Positions 49,220 to 60,377 are shown, counted from the first letter of the stretch. The stretch is 64,000 bases of DNA from an uncultured Bacteroidota bacterium (GCA_963700635.1 CAVOYH010000001.1:416001-480000), one strand, 5' to 3'. The notes: generated from the sequence alone by a model not told the origin. Program-made: numbers and translations.

Positions 49220-50944
49220 ATGAGACGACCCCCGCCATCCTACGAAAGCCACTTCGAACACGCCGCCCTGTTTGAATTCAGCACACTGATTAACGGTTCA
49301 CTGGACCTCCGCTTTATCCTCGGCCATATCCTCCTTACACTCATGGGCAAACTGCTCTCCTCAAGGGGAATGGTTCTGCTCGCAGATGCTGAAGGAAAGT
49401 ACCACGTCGAGATGACCAAGGGCATGTCTCCCGATCTGAAAGGACATACCCTGAAAATCTCTTCCCTGCCGGCCACGATCCAATACGCCGATCGTGTGCA
49501 CGCCGGACGGGCACCCTGGGTGAAGTTTCTCCGGGAACAGGACCTGCATGTCCTGATCCCGCTTACGAGCTCAAAGAGGGCGATCGGTATGCTCGTCTTC
49601 GGCAAACGGCTTAACCGGAAGCCGCTGAAGAAACGGGAAGAGACGTACCTGCTCTCTCTGGCAAGTATCGCTTCCACCGCGATCGAAAAATGCCACAAGA
49701 TCGAAGAACTCGGGTTGGTCAACCGGAAACTCGACCGGAAGATACAGGAATTGAATACACTGTTCGAGCTGGGCAAGGAATTTGGACTGGTCCTCGATCC
49801 CGATAAACTTGTGCGCCTGCTGGCGCTTTCCCTCATGGGACAGGTGGGGGTAAACCGGTATTTGATTTGCGTGAAGGAGGGAGGTTCCATGCGGATAGCT
49901 GCTTCGCGACTGGATGGGCCGCTGCCACAACCGGAACTTCTGACGGGTCTTGCGCGAATCAAGGCGGGGATACGGATCGAGGATATCGTGGTCACAGGCG
50001 CCTCTGATCCGCGGCCCGTCCTCGGCGCACTCGATCTCAAGGTTATCGTCCCCATGGAACTGCAGGGGCAAACCAAGGGGATCCTTCTGCTCGGCGACAA
50101 ACTGAATCGTGATCCATTTGCAAAAGAGGATTTTGAATTCCTCTCTGCATTGTCAAGTCTGGCCATGATCGCCCTGGAAAACGGAAGGTTGTTTCAGGAG
50201 GCGATCGAAAAGCAACGAATGGAAGATGAGCTGGTTATTGCCCGGGAAATCCAGAAAGGTCTGCTGCCGAGTGTGCTTCCTGCTGTCCCCGGAGTGGAGA
50301 TCGGAGCCGCGAATTTTTCCTCGAAGCAGGTGGGTGGGGATTATTACGATGCCATACAGCTGGACGACCACCGGCTCATCCTGGCGATCGGTGACGTTTC
50401 CGGAAAGGGCACGCCGGCTTCACTGTTGATGGCCAATATTCAGGCAACCATACGGGCTCTTGTCCCGTTAAACCTGCCTCTGGGTGAATTAACTGCCCGT
50501 GTGAACGATCTGATGTGCATGAATACCGGCGACAGCCGTTTTGTGACGTTTTTCTGGGGATGCCTGGATTTTCACACGCGCCGCTTCACGTACGTCAATG
50601 CCGGGCATAATCATCCTTTCGTCATGCGGGCAGACGGGACGGTGGAGCGCCTGGACAAGGGGGGGATGATCCTGGGTGTTATGGAGACCATCATTCCCTA
50701 TGAAGAGGGATCGGTGGACTTGTGCACGGGGGATCTGCTCGTGCTCTTTACAGATGGTGTGAGCGAGGCAATGAATATCCGGAGCGAAGAGTATGGCGAA
50801 GATCGGCTGGAGACGGTGATCCGGAAGGCGGGGGGGTGGGGTGCTCAAGGCCTTATCGATATCATTCATCAGGATATCACCGCCCATGCAGAAGGTGCTC
50901 CGCAGTCCGATGATATCACGATGATGGTGATCCGAATGGTGTAA
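49220..50944 (+). CDS. Soluble GAF-GAF-PP2C (RsbU-type) phosphatase
   Basis: Two GAF-like repeats, AREIQKGLLP, VGGDYYD, GDVSGKG, NAGHN, FTDGVSE and DDIT. Confidence 0.93.
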   Translation: MRRPPPSYESHFEHAALFEFSTLINGSLDLRFILGHILLTLMGKLLSSRGMVLLADAEGKYHVEMTKGMSPDLKGHTLKISSLPATIQYADRVHAGRAPWVKFLREQDLHVLIPLTSSKRAIGMLVFGKRLNRKPLKKREETYLLSLASIASTAIEKCHKIEELGLVNRKLDRKIQELNTLFELGKEFGLVLDPDKLVRLLALSLMGQVGVNRYLICVKEGGSMRIAASRLDGPLPQPELLTGLARIKAGIRIEDIVVTGASDPRPVLGALDLKVIVPMELQGQTKGILLLGDKLNRDPFAKEDFEFLSALSSLAMIALENGRLFQEAIEKQRMEDELVIAREIQKGLLPSVLPAVPGVEIGAANFSSKQVGGDYYDAIQLDDHRLILAIGDVSGKGTPASLLMANIQATIRALVPLNLPLGELTARVNDLMCMNTGDSRFVTFFWGCLDFHTRRFTYVNAGHNHPFVMRADGTVERLDKGGMILGVMETIIPYEEGSVDLCTGDLLVLFTDGVSEAMNIRSEEYGEDRLETVIRKAGGWGAQGLIDIIHQDITAHAEGAPQSDDITMMVIRMV

Positions 50945-50959
50945 CCCCGTTCTGCGGCG

Positions 50960-50978
50960 CCGGAGTGCAGCACTCCGG
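50960..50978. repeat. Perfect inverted repeat (terminator hairpin or protein-binding site)
   Basis: CCGGAGTGC-A-GCACTCCGG between the phosphatase stop and a TTGATT-17-TAGCTT putative promoter (50984-51012). Confidence 0.6.
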
Positions 50979-51044
50979 TTGCCTTGATTGTTGCCCCGAC
51001 TTTCCTTAGCTTCTGTTATTGCAAACCCCCGGTTGATCACTCAC

Positions 51045-52013
51045 ATGCCCGACCCCATACTCCGACAGGTCCGTCTCTCTTCCAGGGCGCTATCCCGGCA
51101 TTTTCAGGGCTTTGTGAGGAGTTTGCGTGGTTCGTCCCCCGAAACAAAAGGGACGTATGTGCGTGCCCTGCGGGAGTTTGTCCGATGGTACCCGCGCGAC
51201 GGGACGTTCCGGTTCCGGGTAACGGACGTCCGGCGATACAAACGGCATCTCGAAACCCGCAAACGCCTCGCTGCCGTGAGCGTTTCCACCTATCTGACGG
51301 CATTCCGGCGCTTCTGTGACTATCTGGTACGCTCCGGCGTCCTGAAAGAAAACCCCGGCCAGTACGTCAGCGGAAACAGCCGGCCTGTTGTCCATTCGCG
51401 GGAGTATCTTTCGCCCGGGGATGTTGCTGCACTCCTTGCCGCCGTTCCGGCGGAGGATCTGAGGGGAACGCGGGACCATGCCATGATCCTCCTGATGCTC
51501 CGCTCTGCTTTGTCCGAGATAGAATTGATCCGGGCAGACGTTGGCGATCTTGAAGTGGATGGAAACAGATGCTGGATGATGGTTCAGGGGAAGGGCCGTA
51601 CGGCAAAAGACGAACGTGTGTTGATATCCCCCGAGGTCATGACGGCCATCAAACGGTATCTTTCCCTCCGGGGATCCGTGAGCCCGGCAGAACCCCTTTT
51701 CGCCAGTGCCGGGAACCGCACCCGGGGAAAACGGATGACGACGCGCGGCATACGCGATCGGATCAACGCGAACCTTTCGGCAGCGGGCGTCAAAAAAGGG
51801 AAGACCCGCCGGATAACCCCGTACTCCCTGCGCCACACCGCTGCGCTTATGATGGCTCGCAGCGGCGCCACGGCGGATGAAATCCGCCGGCGGATGAGGC
51901 TCGGAAGTAATAGAACAGCCGAATTGTACCTGCAGTATGAAGACTCGCAGGGTACACAACACCCCACCACGACAAAGGAACAGCACGGTGCCCTACCCGT
52001 TCACTACGATTGA
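51045..52013 (+). CDS. Tyrosine recombinase (XerC/D-like) with atypical catalytic motifs
   Basis: SAM-like N-terminus (T...Y.RALREF; [12 protein letters not shown]), RDHAMILLM...[25 protein letters not shown] and [11 protein letters not shown]. Confidence 0.88.
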   Translation: MPDPILRQVRLSSRALSRHFQGFVRSLRGSSPETKGTYVRALREFVRWYPRDGTFRFRVTDVRRYKRHLETRKRLAAVSVSTYLTAFRRFCDYLVRSGVLKENPGQYVSGNSRPVVHSREYLSPGDVAALLAAVPAEDLRGTRDHAMILLMLRSALSEIELIRADVGDLEVDGNRCWMMVQGKGRTAKDERVLISPEVMTAIKRYLSLRGSVSPAEPLFASAGNRTRGKRMTTRGIRDRINANLSAAGVKKGKTRRITPYSLRHTAALMMARSGATADEIRRRMRLGSNRTAELYLQYEDSQGTQHPTTTKEQHGALPVHYD

Positions 52014-54567
52014 AGCAAAGTGGCAGAAATACTGGGAACATCACCAAACGTTTCGAACGGAACCGCTGTCGACGAAACCCAAACTCTTTATCCTGGATAT
52101 GTATCCGTATCCATCCGGCGCAGGTTTGCATGTGGGACACCCGGAAGGATACACGGCAACGGACATCTTTGCACGCTACAAACGTATGCGCGGATTTCAT
52201 GTGCTGCATCCGATGGGATGGGATGCCTTCGGCCTTCCCGCCGAACGGTATGCAATGCAGACGAACATTCATCCGAAGAGTACGACCGAGCAGAATATTG
52301 CAACGTTCCGCCGCCAGATCAAGATGCTCGGACTGAGTTATGACTGGGAACGCGAGGTGGATACCACCGATCCGGGATATTACCGGTGGACACAGTGGAT
52401 CTTCCTTCAAATCTTCAACTCCTGGTATGATCCCCGGCGGAACAAGGCGCGGCCGATCGAGACGCTGGCAGAAGAGCTTTCTCAACACGGCTCCGCGGTG
52501 CTGCCCGATGAACCGCCCTTCACGGCGGCAGAGTGGAATAGGATGTCGTCCAAGGAACACCATGATCTCCTTGCACACTACCGGCTCGCTTACGTCGCAG
52601 AAATCCCCGTAAACTGGTGTGAGGGATTGGGGACCGTACTGGCAAACGAGGAAGTGGACGAATGGGTGGAAAAGGGGTATTCCGTCGAACGGCGCCCCAT
52701 GAAACAATGGATGATGCGCATTACGGCTTATGCCGAACGTTTGCTGGAGGATGCGGGTGAACTTGACTGGCCGTCCTCGACACTGGACCAGCAACGGAAC
52801 TGGATCGGACGGTCGGACGGCGCGGAAATTGATTTTCCACTGGCCCGCGGAGCCGGACGGCTGCGCGTCTTCACCACCCGTCCCGACACAATCTTCGGGG
52901 CAACCTACATGGTTCTCGCTCCCGAGCATCCGCTCGTGGATCAACTGACACTACCGGCACAACGAAGTGCCGTGGGGGAATACCGGGAGGTCGCCCGGCG
53001 AAAAAGCGAGCGCGACCGCGACATCGAACAGGATAAATCCGGAGTGGCCACCGGGGGCACCGTCGTCAATCCCGCCACGGGAGCGGAAGTCCCTGTCTGG
53101 ATTGCCGACTATGTGCTTATGGGGTATGGCACCGGAGCGATCATGGCGGTTCCGGGGCATGACGAACGAGACTATACATTTGCACGAAAATACGGTCTCC
53201 CGGTTGTCGAAGTAGTCCGTGGTGGCGATCTCAAGCACGAAGCGTACACCGGCGAAGGCACAGGGGTGAACTCGGCCAATGCGGAAGTCTCCTTGAATGG
53301 CCTGCCAACGCCCGAAGCCAAGTCCCGCATTATTGCCTGGCTCGTCGAAACAGGGTACGGCAGGGGAGTCGTACAGTACAAGCTGCGCGACTGGCTCTTT
53401 TCACGGCAGCGCTACTGGGGGGAACCGATCCCGATTATCCATCTCGAAGACGGGACCATGAAGAGCCTTCCGGAGAGCGATTTGCCCCTGTTGCTGCCCG
53501 ATCTGAAGAAGTTTCAACCAAGCGGCACGACGGAATCACCCCTGGCGCTCGCTACGGAATGGGTGAACGTCACCGATGCCGCAACCGGACTTCGCGGGCG
53601 CCGCGAGACCAATACCATGCCTCAGTGGGCGGGATCCTGCTGGTACTATCTGCGCTTCATCGATCCCCGGAACGACAGGGTGTTCTGTGATCCCGAGCTT
53701 GAACGATACTGGATGCCGGTAGACCTTTACGTTGGCGGATCCGAGCATGCGGTGCTTCACCTGATGTACGCCAGGTTCTGGCATAAAGTGCTGCATGATC
53801 TGGGACATGTCAGCACGAAGGAACCGTTTGTAAAACTCCGGCATCAGGGGATCATCCTGGGTGAAGATGGCCGCAAGATGTCCAAATCCCGCGGTAACGT
53901 GGTGAATCCGGATGATGTGGTGTCGCAGTATGGCGCCGATGCCATGCGGCTCTTCGAAATGTTCATGGGTCCCCTGGAAGAAATGAAACCGTGGAGCACG
54001 CGCGGCGTGGAGGGCGTCTACAGGTTCCTCAATCGCGTCTGGCGTCTTTATCTCGACGAGGCCGGAAATCTTGATCCCCGCCTGTCAACCGCCCCACCAT
54101 CGGCGGATCTGGAGCGGGTGTACCATGTCACGGTCAAGAAGGTGGGGGATGACATCGAGGGACTCCGCTTTAATACCGCAATCTCCCAGTTGATGATTTT
54201 CGTCAATGAAGTGATGAAGACAGACGAACGTCCGCGTGTTCTGCTTGAACCTTTTGTGCTCCTGCTCGCCCCCCTTGCTCCCCACCTGGCAGAGGAGCTC
54301 TGGTCCGCCCTCGGCCATGAACACAGTCTGATGCACGAGCCGTGGCCGGTATTCGACGCGGCAAAAATTGCGAGCGAGACCGTCGAAGTTGTTCTCCAGG
54401 TGAACGGGAAGATCCGCTCGAAAATGACCGCACCGACGGACGCTGCGGAAGCGGACCTCCAGCGGGATGCGCTTGCCGACGAGAACATACAGCGGCACGT
54501 CCAGGGCAAACAGGTGATCAAAACGATTGTCGTAAAGAACAAACTCGTCAATATTGTGGTACGGTAA
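51988..54567 (+). CDS. leuS: Leucine--tRNA ligase
   Basis: [30 protein letters not shown] editing domain, [11 protein letters not shown] and KMSKS. GTG start at 51988 after AAAGGA. Confidence 0.98.
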   Translation: MPYPFTTIEAKWQKYWEHHQTFRTEPLSTKPKLFILDMYPYPSGAGLHVGHPEGYTATDIFARYKRMRGFHVLHPMGWDAFGLPAERYAMQTNIHPKSTTEQNIATFRRQIKMLGLSYDWEREVDTTDPGYYRWTQWIFLQIFNSWYDPRRNKARPIETLAEELSQHGSAVLPDEPPFTAAEWNRMSSKEHHDLLAHYRLAYVAEIPVNWCEGLGTVLANEEVDEWVEKGYSVERRPMKQWMMRITAYAERLLEDAGELDWPSSTLDQQRNWIGRSDGAEIDFPLARGAGRLRVFTTRPDTIFGATYMVLAPEHPLVDQLTLPAQRSAVGEYREVARRKSERDRDIEQDKSGVATGGTVVNPATGAEVPVWIADYVLMGYGTGAIMAVPGHDERDYTFARKYGLPVVEVVRGGDLKHEAYTGEGTGVNSANAEVSLNGLPTPEAKSRIIAWLVETGYGRGVVQYKLRDWLFSRQRYWGEPIPIIHLEDGTMKSLPESDLPLLLPDLKKFQPSGTTESPLALATEWVNVTDAATGLRGRRETNTMPQWAGSCWYYLRFIDPRNDRVFCDPELERYWMPVDLYVGGSEHAVLHLMYARFWHKVLHDLGHVSTKEPFVKLRHQGIILGEDGRKMSKSRGNVVNPDDVVSQYGADAMRLFEMFMGPLEEMKPWSTRGVEGVYRFLNRVWRLYLDEAGNLDPRLSTAPPSADLERVYHVTVKKVGDDIEGLRFNTAISQLMIFVNEVMKTDERPRVLLEPFVLLLAPLAPHLAEELWSALGHEHSLMHEPWPVFDAAKIASETVEVVLQVNGKIRSKMTAPTDAAEADLQRDALADENIQRHVQGKQVIKTIVVKNKLVNIVVR

Positions 54568-54570
54568 CCT

Positions 54571-55392
54571 ATGGATCGACTCTCCGTTGTCCTCGTGACC
54601 TACAACGAGGAAAAGAATATCGATCGGTGTCTCGGCAGTATGCGCTGGGCCGACGAGATTGTCGTGGTGGATTCGTTCAGTACTGACCGGACGGTCGAGC
54701 GTGTCCGGGTCTATACCGACAAAGTGTTCCAGCACGAGTATCCCGGCACCAGCAAGCAGGTCGAACGGGGCATCGGGTATGCAACCGGAGACTGGATTTT
54801 CGTCATTGACGCTGACGAAGAAATATCGCCGGAATTGAAGGCAGAAGTGCAGCAGGTGCTGCGCGATGGATCGGACAAGGACGGTTTTACATTTATCCGG
54901 AAACCGAAGGCCTTTGGACGGTGGATCGAACACGGAGGATGGTTCCCGGATTTTCAGTTCAGGTTTTTTCGCCGGGAACGGTACTACCCGGAGCATCAGG
55001 AAATCCATGGCGGCTTTAACACCAGAGGATCCAAAGGAGCCCTGCAGGGTTACCTCTACCATCATACCTATGAGACCATCTACGCCTATGTGGAGAAGAT
55101 GAACGATTACACCTCTCTCCACGTCTCGAACAAGTTGAAAGATACACCTGTAAAAGACGTCCGCTGGCGACACCTGATTCTAAACCCCCTCTCCCATTTT
55201 CTTCGTATGTATTTTTCACGCAAGGGGTACAAGGATGGATTTCACGGTTTTGTGCTGGCGCTGCTCGATGCGAATTATGCCATGTTGATGTATGCAAAAC
55301 TCTGGGAATACAGAATGCGGCAGGAAGAAGGTGAGGGGCATCTTCCACCGATCACGAACGCGGAGCTGAACGTTTTGAAGAGACGCACATGA
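54571..55392 (+). CDS. GT2 LPS glycosyltransferase (KdtX/WaaE-like)
   Basis: TYNEE, VVDSFSTD, IDADE, GWFPD and GYKDGFHGF. Confidence 0.9.
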   Translation: MDRLSVVLVTYNEEKNIDRCLGSMRWADEIVVVDSFSTDRTVERVRVYTDKVFQHEYPGTSKQVERGIGYATGDWIFVIDADEEISPELKAEVQQVLRDGSDKDGFTFIRKPKAFGRWIEHGGWFPDFQFRFFRRERYYPEHQEIHGGFNTRGSKGALQGYLYHHTYETIYAYVEKMNDYTSLHVSNKLKDTPVKDVRWRHLILNPLSHFLRMYFSRKGYKDGFHGFVLALLDANYAMLMYAKLWEYRMRQEEGEGHLPPITNAELNVLKRRT

Positions 55393-57236
55393 TCATATAC
55401 CGCAGGGTTCTCCGGTATCTCCGGCCGTACTGGCACAAGCTGGCGGCATCCATGGCGTGCTCCGTCATGTTCTCACTGTCCAGCGGCCTGTCCATTTATC
55501 TGACCATCCCGCTTCTCGAAACGTTGTTCTTCACCCCCTCCACCGACGCTCCGGTGGCGCCGGCTGCAACACCGGCATTGTCCATAATGCCCGGCTGGAT
55601 GGTTACGCTGAAAGACGATGTGTCGCATCTCTTTCAGGAGCTGATCTTCCGGGACAACCCGGCCGATTCGCTGTTTAATATCTGCATTGTGGTTGTTGCA
55701 GCATTCTTTCTCCGGAATATTTTCGGATATCTCCAGTCAAATTTGATGGTGGCCGTGGAACAGGGACTGATCCGTGATCTGCGGAATTCCCTCTACGGGC
55801 ACATCCATGCATTGCCCCTGGCCTATTTCACCAATGAGCGCACCGGCAATCTCATTTCGCGGATCATGAACGACGTCCCTGTCATTAATACGGGCATATC
55901 CGCGACGTTTCAGACACTTATCCGCGAACCGATGCTCATTACTGTGTACCTGACGATCACACTGATCATCAGCTGGAAACTGACGCTGATTGCATTTGTC
56001 GTGTTTCCTCTCGCGCTGCTGGTGATTGCCGGAATCGGGAGGCGTGTGCACCGCGAATCGGGGTTTGTGCAGGAACGAATTGCCGATCTGACTTCGGTGC
56101 TGCACGAGACGATCTCGGGAGTCAAGGTGGTGAAGGCGTTCGGGATGGAAGAGTTTGAGAACCGGAAGTTTGCCCGCGAAGGGCAGGGGTATCTCGACAC
56201 CATTCTTCGTGTCACCCGCATCCGGAACCTCGCGTCACCCAGCACCGAGTTTCTGAGCGCTGCCGCAGGAGCCGTCATCATCTGGTACGGCGGCATGCAG
56301 GTGCTGGAACATGGCACACTCAAAGCGAGCGAGTTCCTGGGATTCCTGTTTGCGATTTTCCAGTTGATGCCGCCCATCAAAGAACTGAGCGGGGTCAACA
56401 ACCGGATTCAGGAAGCCACTGCAGCCGGAAGACGGGTCTTTGAGATCCTGGACACGGAACCCGGAATCAAAGACCCGGCGGTGCCCGTCCGGATCGGTGA
56501 ATTCTCTTCGTCGGTAGAATTCCATCAGGTCGCCTTCCATTATGTAGTGGGAGATCCGGTCCTTGTGGATCTCTCCCTGACCATTCAGAAAGGGGAGGTC
56601 GTGGCCATCGTCGGCCCCAGCGGAGCCGGGAAATCGACGCTGGTGGACCTCGTCCCCCGGTTTTACGATCCCACAGCCGGCAGTATCACGATTGACGGTG
56701 TGGATCTGCGGGATATCGAAGTGAAGGCATTACGCGACATGATCGGCATCGTCACCCAGGAAACCATACTGTTTAACGACACCGTGCGGAACAACATCGC
56801 GTATGGTCTGGACGACTGTTCGATGGAGAGTATTGTGGCGGCGGCAAAAGCCGCGAACGCCCATCGGTTTATCACACAGATGCCCGACGGCTACGAATCC
56901 CGGATAGGAGAACGCGGGGTGAAGATTTCGGGCGGTGAGAGGCAGCGGCTCGCGCTCGCCCGGGCAATCCTGAAGAACCCGCCCATTCTGATCCTTGATG
57001 AAGCAACCTCGGCCCTTGACACCGAATCCGAGATCCTTGTCCAGGAAGCCATTGAACGGTTGATGGCCGGGCGCACGTCCATCGTGATAGCGCACCGGCT
57101 TTCAACAGTGCAGCATGCCGACCGCATCGTGGTTATCGAGGGAGGGCGTGTCGTGGAGAGCGGAAAACATACCGATCTCCTGAAGCAACGGGGGGGACTG
57201 TACAAAAAGCTGTTTGACATGCAATTCAGGGTATAG
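55389..57236 (+). CDS. msbA: MsbA-like lipid A/LPS flippase ABC transporter
   Basis: TMD-NBD fusion with GPSGAGKST, ISGGERQR, ILDEATSALD and IAHRLST, in an LPS gene context. Confidence 0.88.
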   Translation: MIIYRRVLRYLRPYWHKLAASMACSVMFSLSSGLSIYLTIPLLETLFFTPSTDAPVAPAATPALSIMPGWMVTLKDDVSHLFQELIFRDNPADSLFNICIVVVAAFFLRNIFGYLQSNLMVAVEQGLIRDLRNSLYGHIHALPLAYFTNERTGNLISRIMNDVPVINTGISATFQTLIREPMLITVYLTITLIISWKLTLIAFVVFPLALLVIAGIGRRVHRESGFVQERIADLTSVLHETISGVKVVKAFGMEEFENRKFAREGQGYLDTILRVTRIRNLASPSTEFLSAAAGAVIIWYGGMQVLEHGTLKASEFLGFLFAIFQLMPPIKELSGVNNRIQEATAAGRRVFEILDTEPGIKDPAVPVRIGEFSSSVEFHQVAFHYVVGDPVLVDLSLTIQKGEVVAIVGPSGAGKSTLVDLVPRFYDPTAGSITIDGVDLRDIEVKALRDMIGIVTQETILFNDTVRNNIAYGLDDCSMESIVAAAKAANAHRFITQMPDGYESRIGERGVKISGGERQRLALARAILKNPPILILDEATSALDTESEILVQEAIERLMAGRTSIVIAHRLSTVQHADRIVVIEGGRVVESGKHTDLLKQRGGLYKKLFDMQFRV

Positions 57237-57238
57237 TC

Positions 57239-58408
57239 ATGGTCTCCTTCAGGTATCTGATAACCGGACTGCTGTTCATTTTTGCGGCGTCCTGTTTCTT
57301 TTCGATCGCCGTGAATTCCCTGGCGCTCGGCCTCCTCGCGCTCATCTGGGCTGCCGAGATGATCGCCGGGCGGAGATGGAGTGTCTCTCCCACCCCCTAC
57401 GACTGGTTCTTCCTTGCGTATGTCGCCGCCGAGTTACTGGCCACGCTCTTTTCGGCCAATCAGGCACAATCATTGCTCTTTTCGAAGCGCGTTTTGCTGA
57501 TCGGGGTTGTCTATGCCGTAGTCACCCATCTGCCAGAGGAACGGGATGTCCGTCGGTTTCTGGTCGTCCTGCTCGGAAGCGCTACGGTGGTGGCTACGAT
57601 CGGTGTCGCCAAGCTGATCCTTGCGGATCCGGCGGACGTGGTACGGCTTGGCATCTTTCAATTCTACATGACGACCTCCGAATTGATGATGATTGCGCTT
57701 CTGCTTGTCCTGCCCTTCGTGATCACTCCGGGGACGCCGCGCGGGGTCCGGATTGCGGGGATACTCGCGCTTATTCCGCTGGCGGTCGCACTCTATGCAA
57801 CGGTGACGCGCGGTGCATACCTTGCCGCAGCCGCGGGAGCGCTCTTTATTAGTGTGGTGAGGAACAGGAAGATGCTGCTGCCTCTTGCCGGTATCATCCT
57901 TCTTGTGATTCTCTTTGCGCCTCCCTATGTTGAACAACGACTCCAGAGTATCGTGGATCCCGGGCACCCGGAAAACGCCACCCGGATTGCACTCTGGCAG
58001 ACGGGATGGACGATCTTCAAGCACTATCCGGTGTTCGGCGTGGGTGACATCGACCTCAGGGAAGTGTACGATGCGTACACGGAAGTTGAGAACCCTGAAC
58101 ACCACGGACACCTTCACAGCGTTCCCCTGCAGATACTCGTGACACTCGGCGCCGTCGGGTTTATCGCTCTTTATGCCCTGTTCTTCCGGATCGCGGTGGT
58201 GGAATGGAAGACATACCGGCAGGTGAAGGAAGACTGGTTCCGGGGTTCTGTTGCCCTGGGTGCCCTCGGCGTGTTTGTGGGCTTTCACGTTATGGGACTT
58301 ACCGAATGGAGTTTCGGGGATCAGGAAGTCGTGATTCTGTTCTGGATATCGGTGGGTCTCTCTCTCGCGGCTGGACGTTTGCCTGCGCACACGAACGACA
58401 AGGAATAA
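57239..58408 (+). CDS. O-antigen ligase family protein
   Basis: Polytopic membrane protein with TRGAY, RIALWQTG...HYPVFGVG and HLHS...LVTLGAVG. Confidence 0.87.
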   Translation: MVSFRYLITGLLFIFAASCFFSIAVNSLALGLLALIWAAEMIAGRRWSVSPTPYDWFFLAYVAAELLATLFSANQAQSLLFSKRVLLIGVVYAVVTHLPEERDVRRFLVVLLGSATVVATIGVAKLILADPADVVRLGIFQFYMTTSELMMIALLLVLPFVITPGTPRGVRIAGILALIPLAVALYATVTRGAYLAAAAGALFISVVRNRKMLLPLAGIILLVILFAPPYVEQRLQSIVDPGHPENATRIALWQTGWTIFKHYPVFGVGDIDLREVYDAYTEVENPEHHGHLHSVPLQILVTLGAVGFIALYALFFRIAVVEWKTYRQVKEDWFRGSVALGALGVFVGFHVMGLTEWSFGDQEVVILFWISVGLSLAAGRLPAHTNDKE

Positions 58409-58420
58409 GGGCCAAGCGCC

Positions 58421-59215
58421 GTGGCGACACTGACGGTTATAACGCTGACGCTGAACGAAGAGCAGAACATCGTTCCCTGCCTGGAAAGCGTGCGATGGGC
58501 TGACGAGATTCTGGTCATCGATTCCGGCAGTACGGATAAGACCGTGGCTCTGGCGCGCACCTTTACAGACCGGATCTATACGGTACAATGGGAGGGATAC
58601 GGAGCGGCCCGTAATGTGGGGCTGACTCATGCATCGGGCGACTGGATCCTCTGGCTGGATGCCGATGAACGGGTGACGCCCGGACTGGCCTCCGAGATCC
58701 GCGACATCATCACGGAGAATGCAGGTGAAATCGACGGGTATGCCGTGGCCCGCAGGGCATATTTCCTCGGCCGGTGGATCCGACACTGCGGGTGGTACCC
58801 GGGGCGGGTGACGCGACTGTTCCGCCGCGGCAAGGGGAGATTCAGCGAGACCCGCGTGCACGAACAATTGTCCATCGATGGACCTGTGGCCCGCACGCGG
58901 CATGATCTGATCCACCTCACCGATCCGGACCTCCAGCACTACCTCCGGAAATTCAACCGTTATACCTCTCTCGCGGCGGAAGATCTGGCTGCATCGGGCA
59001 GAACGTTCTCGATCTTTGATCTCCTCTTCCGCCCGGCATTTCAATTTGTGAAAATGTATATCCTGAGAAGGGGATTTCTGGACGGAATGGAGGGATTTAT
59101 CCTGTCGATACTCTCGTCGGCATATGTGTTCACGAAGTACGCAAAACTCCGGGAACATTTGCACCATCAACGCACCCGGCCGGCACCAGAACGTGTGCCC
59201 TTATCCGAAGGTTGA
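58421..59215 (+). CDS. GT2 LPS glycosyltransferase (KdtX/WaaE-like paralog)
   Basis: TLNEE, IDSGSTD, LDADE, GWYP, VHE and GFLDGMEGF. Confidence 0.9.
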   Translation: MATLTVITLTLNEEQNIVPCLESVRWADEILVIDSGSTDKTVALARTFTDRIYTVQWEGYGAARNVGLTHASGDWILWLDADERVTPGLASEIRDIITENAGEIDGYAVARRAYFLGRWIRHCGWYPGRVTRLFRRGKGRFSETRVHEQLSIDGPVARTRHDLIHLTDPDLQHYLRKFNRYTSLAAEDLAASGRTFSIFDLLFRPAFQFVKMYILRRGFLDGMEGFILSILSSAYVFTKYAKLREHLHHQRTRPAPERVPLSEG

Positions 59216-59238
59216 CCAACACCCCGCGGAGGTTCCGA

Positions 59239-59502
59239 ATGGAAGAAGCGCAGAAGTATCAACTTCTTTTTACCCAGCTGGTGATCATGTTCCATGCCGC
59301 CTGCATGCAGCAACTGGGGAAGGTCAAACATCCTGTTACCGAAAAACTCGAAAAGGATCTCCCCGCCGCCCAGAGCACGATTGACCTTCTCGACATGCTC
59401 CATGCAAAGACCAAAGGAAATCTTTCGCAGGAGGAGGAGCAGCTGGTCACACAGGTGGTCCAGGAGCTCAAGCTCGCATACGTGCAGGAAAACAAGCCAT
59501 GA
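59239..59502 (+). CDS. DUF1844 family protein
   Basis: MQQLGK..HP, AQSTIDLLDML..KTKGNLS.EE and ELKLAYV. GGAGG SD before ATG 59239. Confidence 0.85.
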   Translation: MEEAQKYQLLFTQLVIMFHAACMQQLGKVKHPVTEKLEKDLPAAQSTIDLLDMLHAKTKGNLSQEEEQLVTQVVQELKLAYVQENKP

Positions 59503-60377
59503 AACTCTCCATCATCGGAAACCTCGAAAAGCCCGGCCTGCAGGATGCGGTGGCGAAGCTGGTGAGGAGTCTCGGCGAAGGGAATGGTGATTTTGTGGTT
59601 GATGAGCAGATCGGCCCCTTGCTGCGCGGAGCCGGCGTCAAGCTGGCCGACCACCACCTCTGTTCTTTTGACCAGTGTGTAAAGGAGGGTGACCTGCTTG
59701 TCGCGTTCGGGGGAGACGGGACCATCCTTGCCGCTGCAAGCGCAGTCGGTTCCCGCGGGATCCCGATTCTCGGTGTGAATCTCGGGAAACTGGGATTTCT
59801 TGCGGAGCTCTCTCCGGATGAACTTCCGGCGGTGACCGGAGACCTTCTGGCGGGGCGATTCCTTGTGGAAGAACGGCTCGTGCTCGAGGCCAGCTCACCC
59901 GCACTCTCCGGACCGTCCATCTATGCAGTCAATGACATCGTCGTCTACAAATCGCGGTCCTCCCGGCTTATCGACGTGCATACCCACATCAACGGGGCGT
60001 TTGCCGTGACCTACCGGGGTGATGGGTTGATTGTATCAACGCCTACGGGATCAACAGGGTACGCACTCTCCAACTTCGGACCGATCGTCATACCGACGTG
60101 TAATGTTTTTGGCATCACGCCGATCTCTCCACACACGCTGAACGGCAGACCCATCATCGTGCCCGATACAAGCCAGATCCGGATCGTGGTGGAATCAGAC
60201 AGTGATGAGGTGCTGTTATCAGCCGATGGTCAGGAAGAGGCTCTGGCGAAACCTCCTCTGGAAGTGGTAATCGGAAAGGCGGGGTATCCGGTGCGGCTGG
60301 TGAAACGTGTGGACCGTTCGTACTTCGATGTGTTGCGGGCAAAACTCTTCTGGGGCGCCGATGCCCGGTCTGTTTAG
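59499..60377 (+). CDS. nadK: NAD kinase
   Basis: GGDGT, GVNLGKLGFL, AVND and DGLIVSTPTGSTGYALS. Confidence 0.96.
   Translation: MKLSIIGNLEKPGLQDAVAKLVRSLGEGNGDFVVDEQIGPLLRGAGVKLADHHLCSFDQCVKEGDLLVAFGGDGTILAAASAVGSRGIPILGVNLGKLGFLAELSPDELPAVTGDLLAGRFLVEERLVLEASSPALSGPSIYAVNDIVVYKSRSSRLIDVHTHINGAFAVTYRGDGLIVSTPTGSTGYALSNFGPIVIPTCNVFGITPISPHTLNGRPIIVPDTSQIRIVVESDSDEVLLSADGQEEALAKPPLEVVIGKAGYPVRLVKRVDRSYFDVLRAKLFWGADARSV

Noticed and set aside
44090-52013. Possible genomic island from tRNA-Arg to the tyrosine recombinase
   Set aside because: No duplicate of the tRNA 3' end was seen, there are no mobility genes or visible composition shift, and the recombinase overlaps leuS.
57470-59170. 566-aa minus-strand ORF
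   Set aside because: Antisense shadow of the O-antigen ligase and GT2 genes with no motifs. Long shadow ORFs are expected at this GC content.
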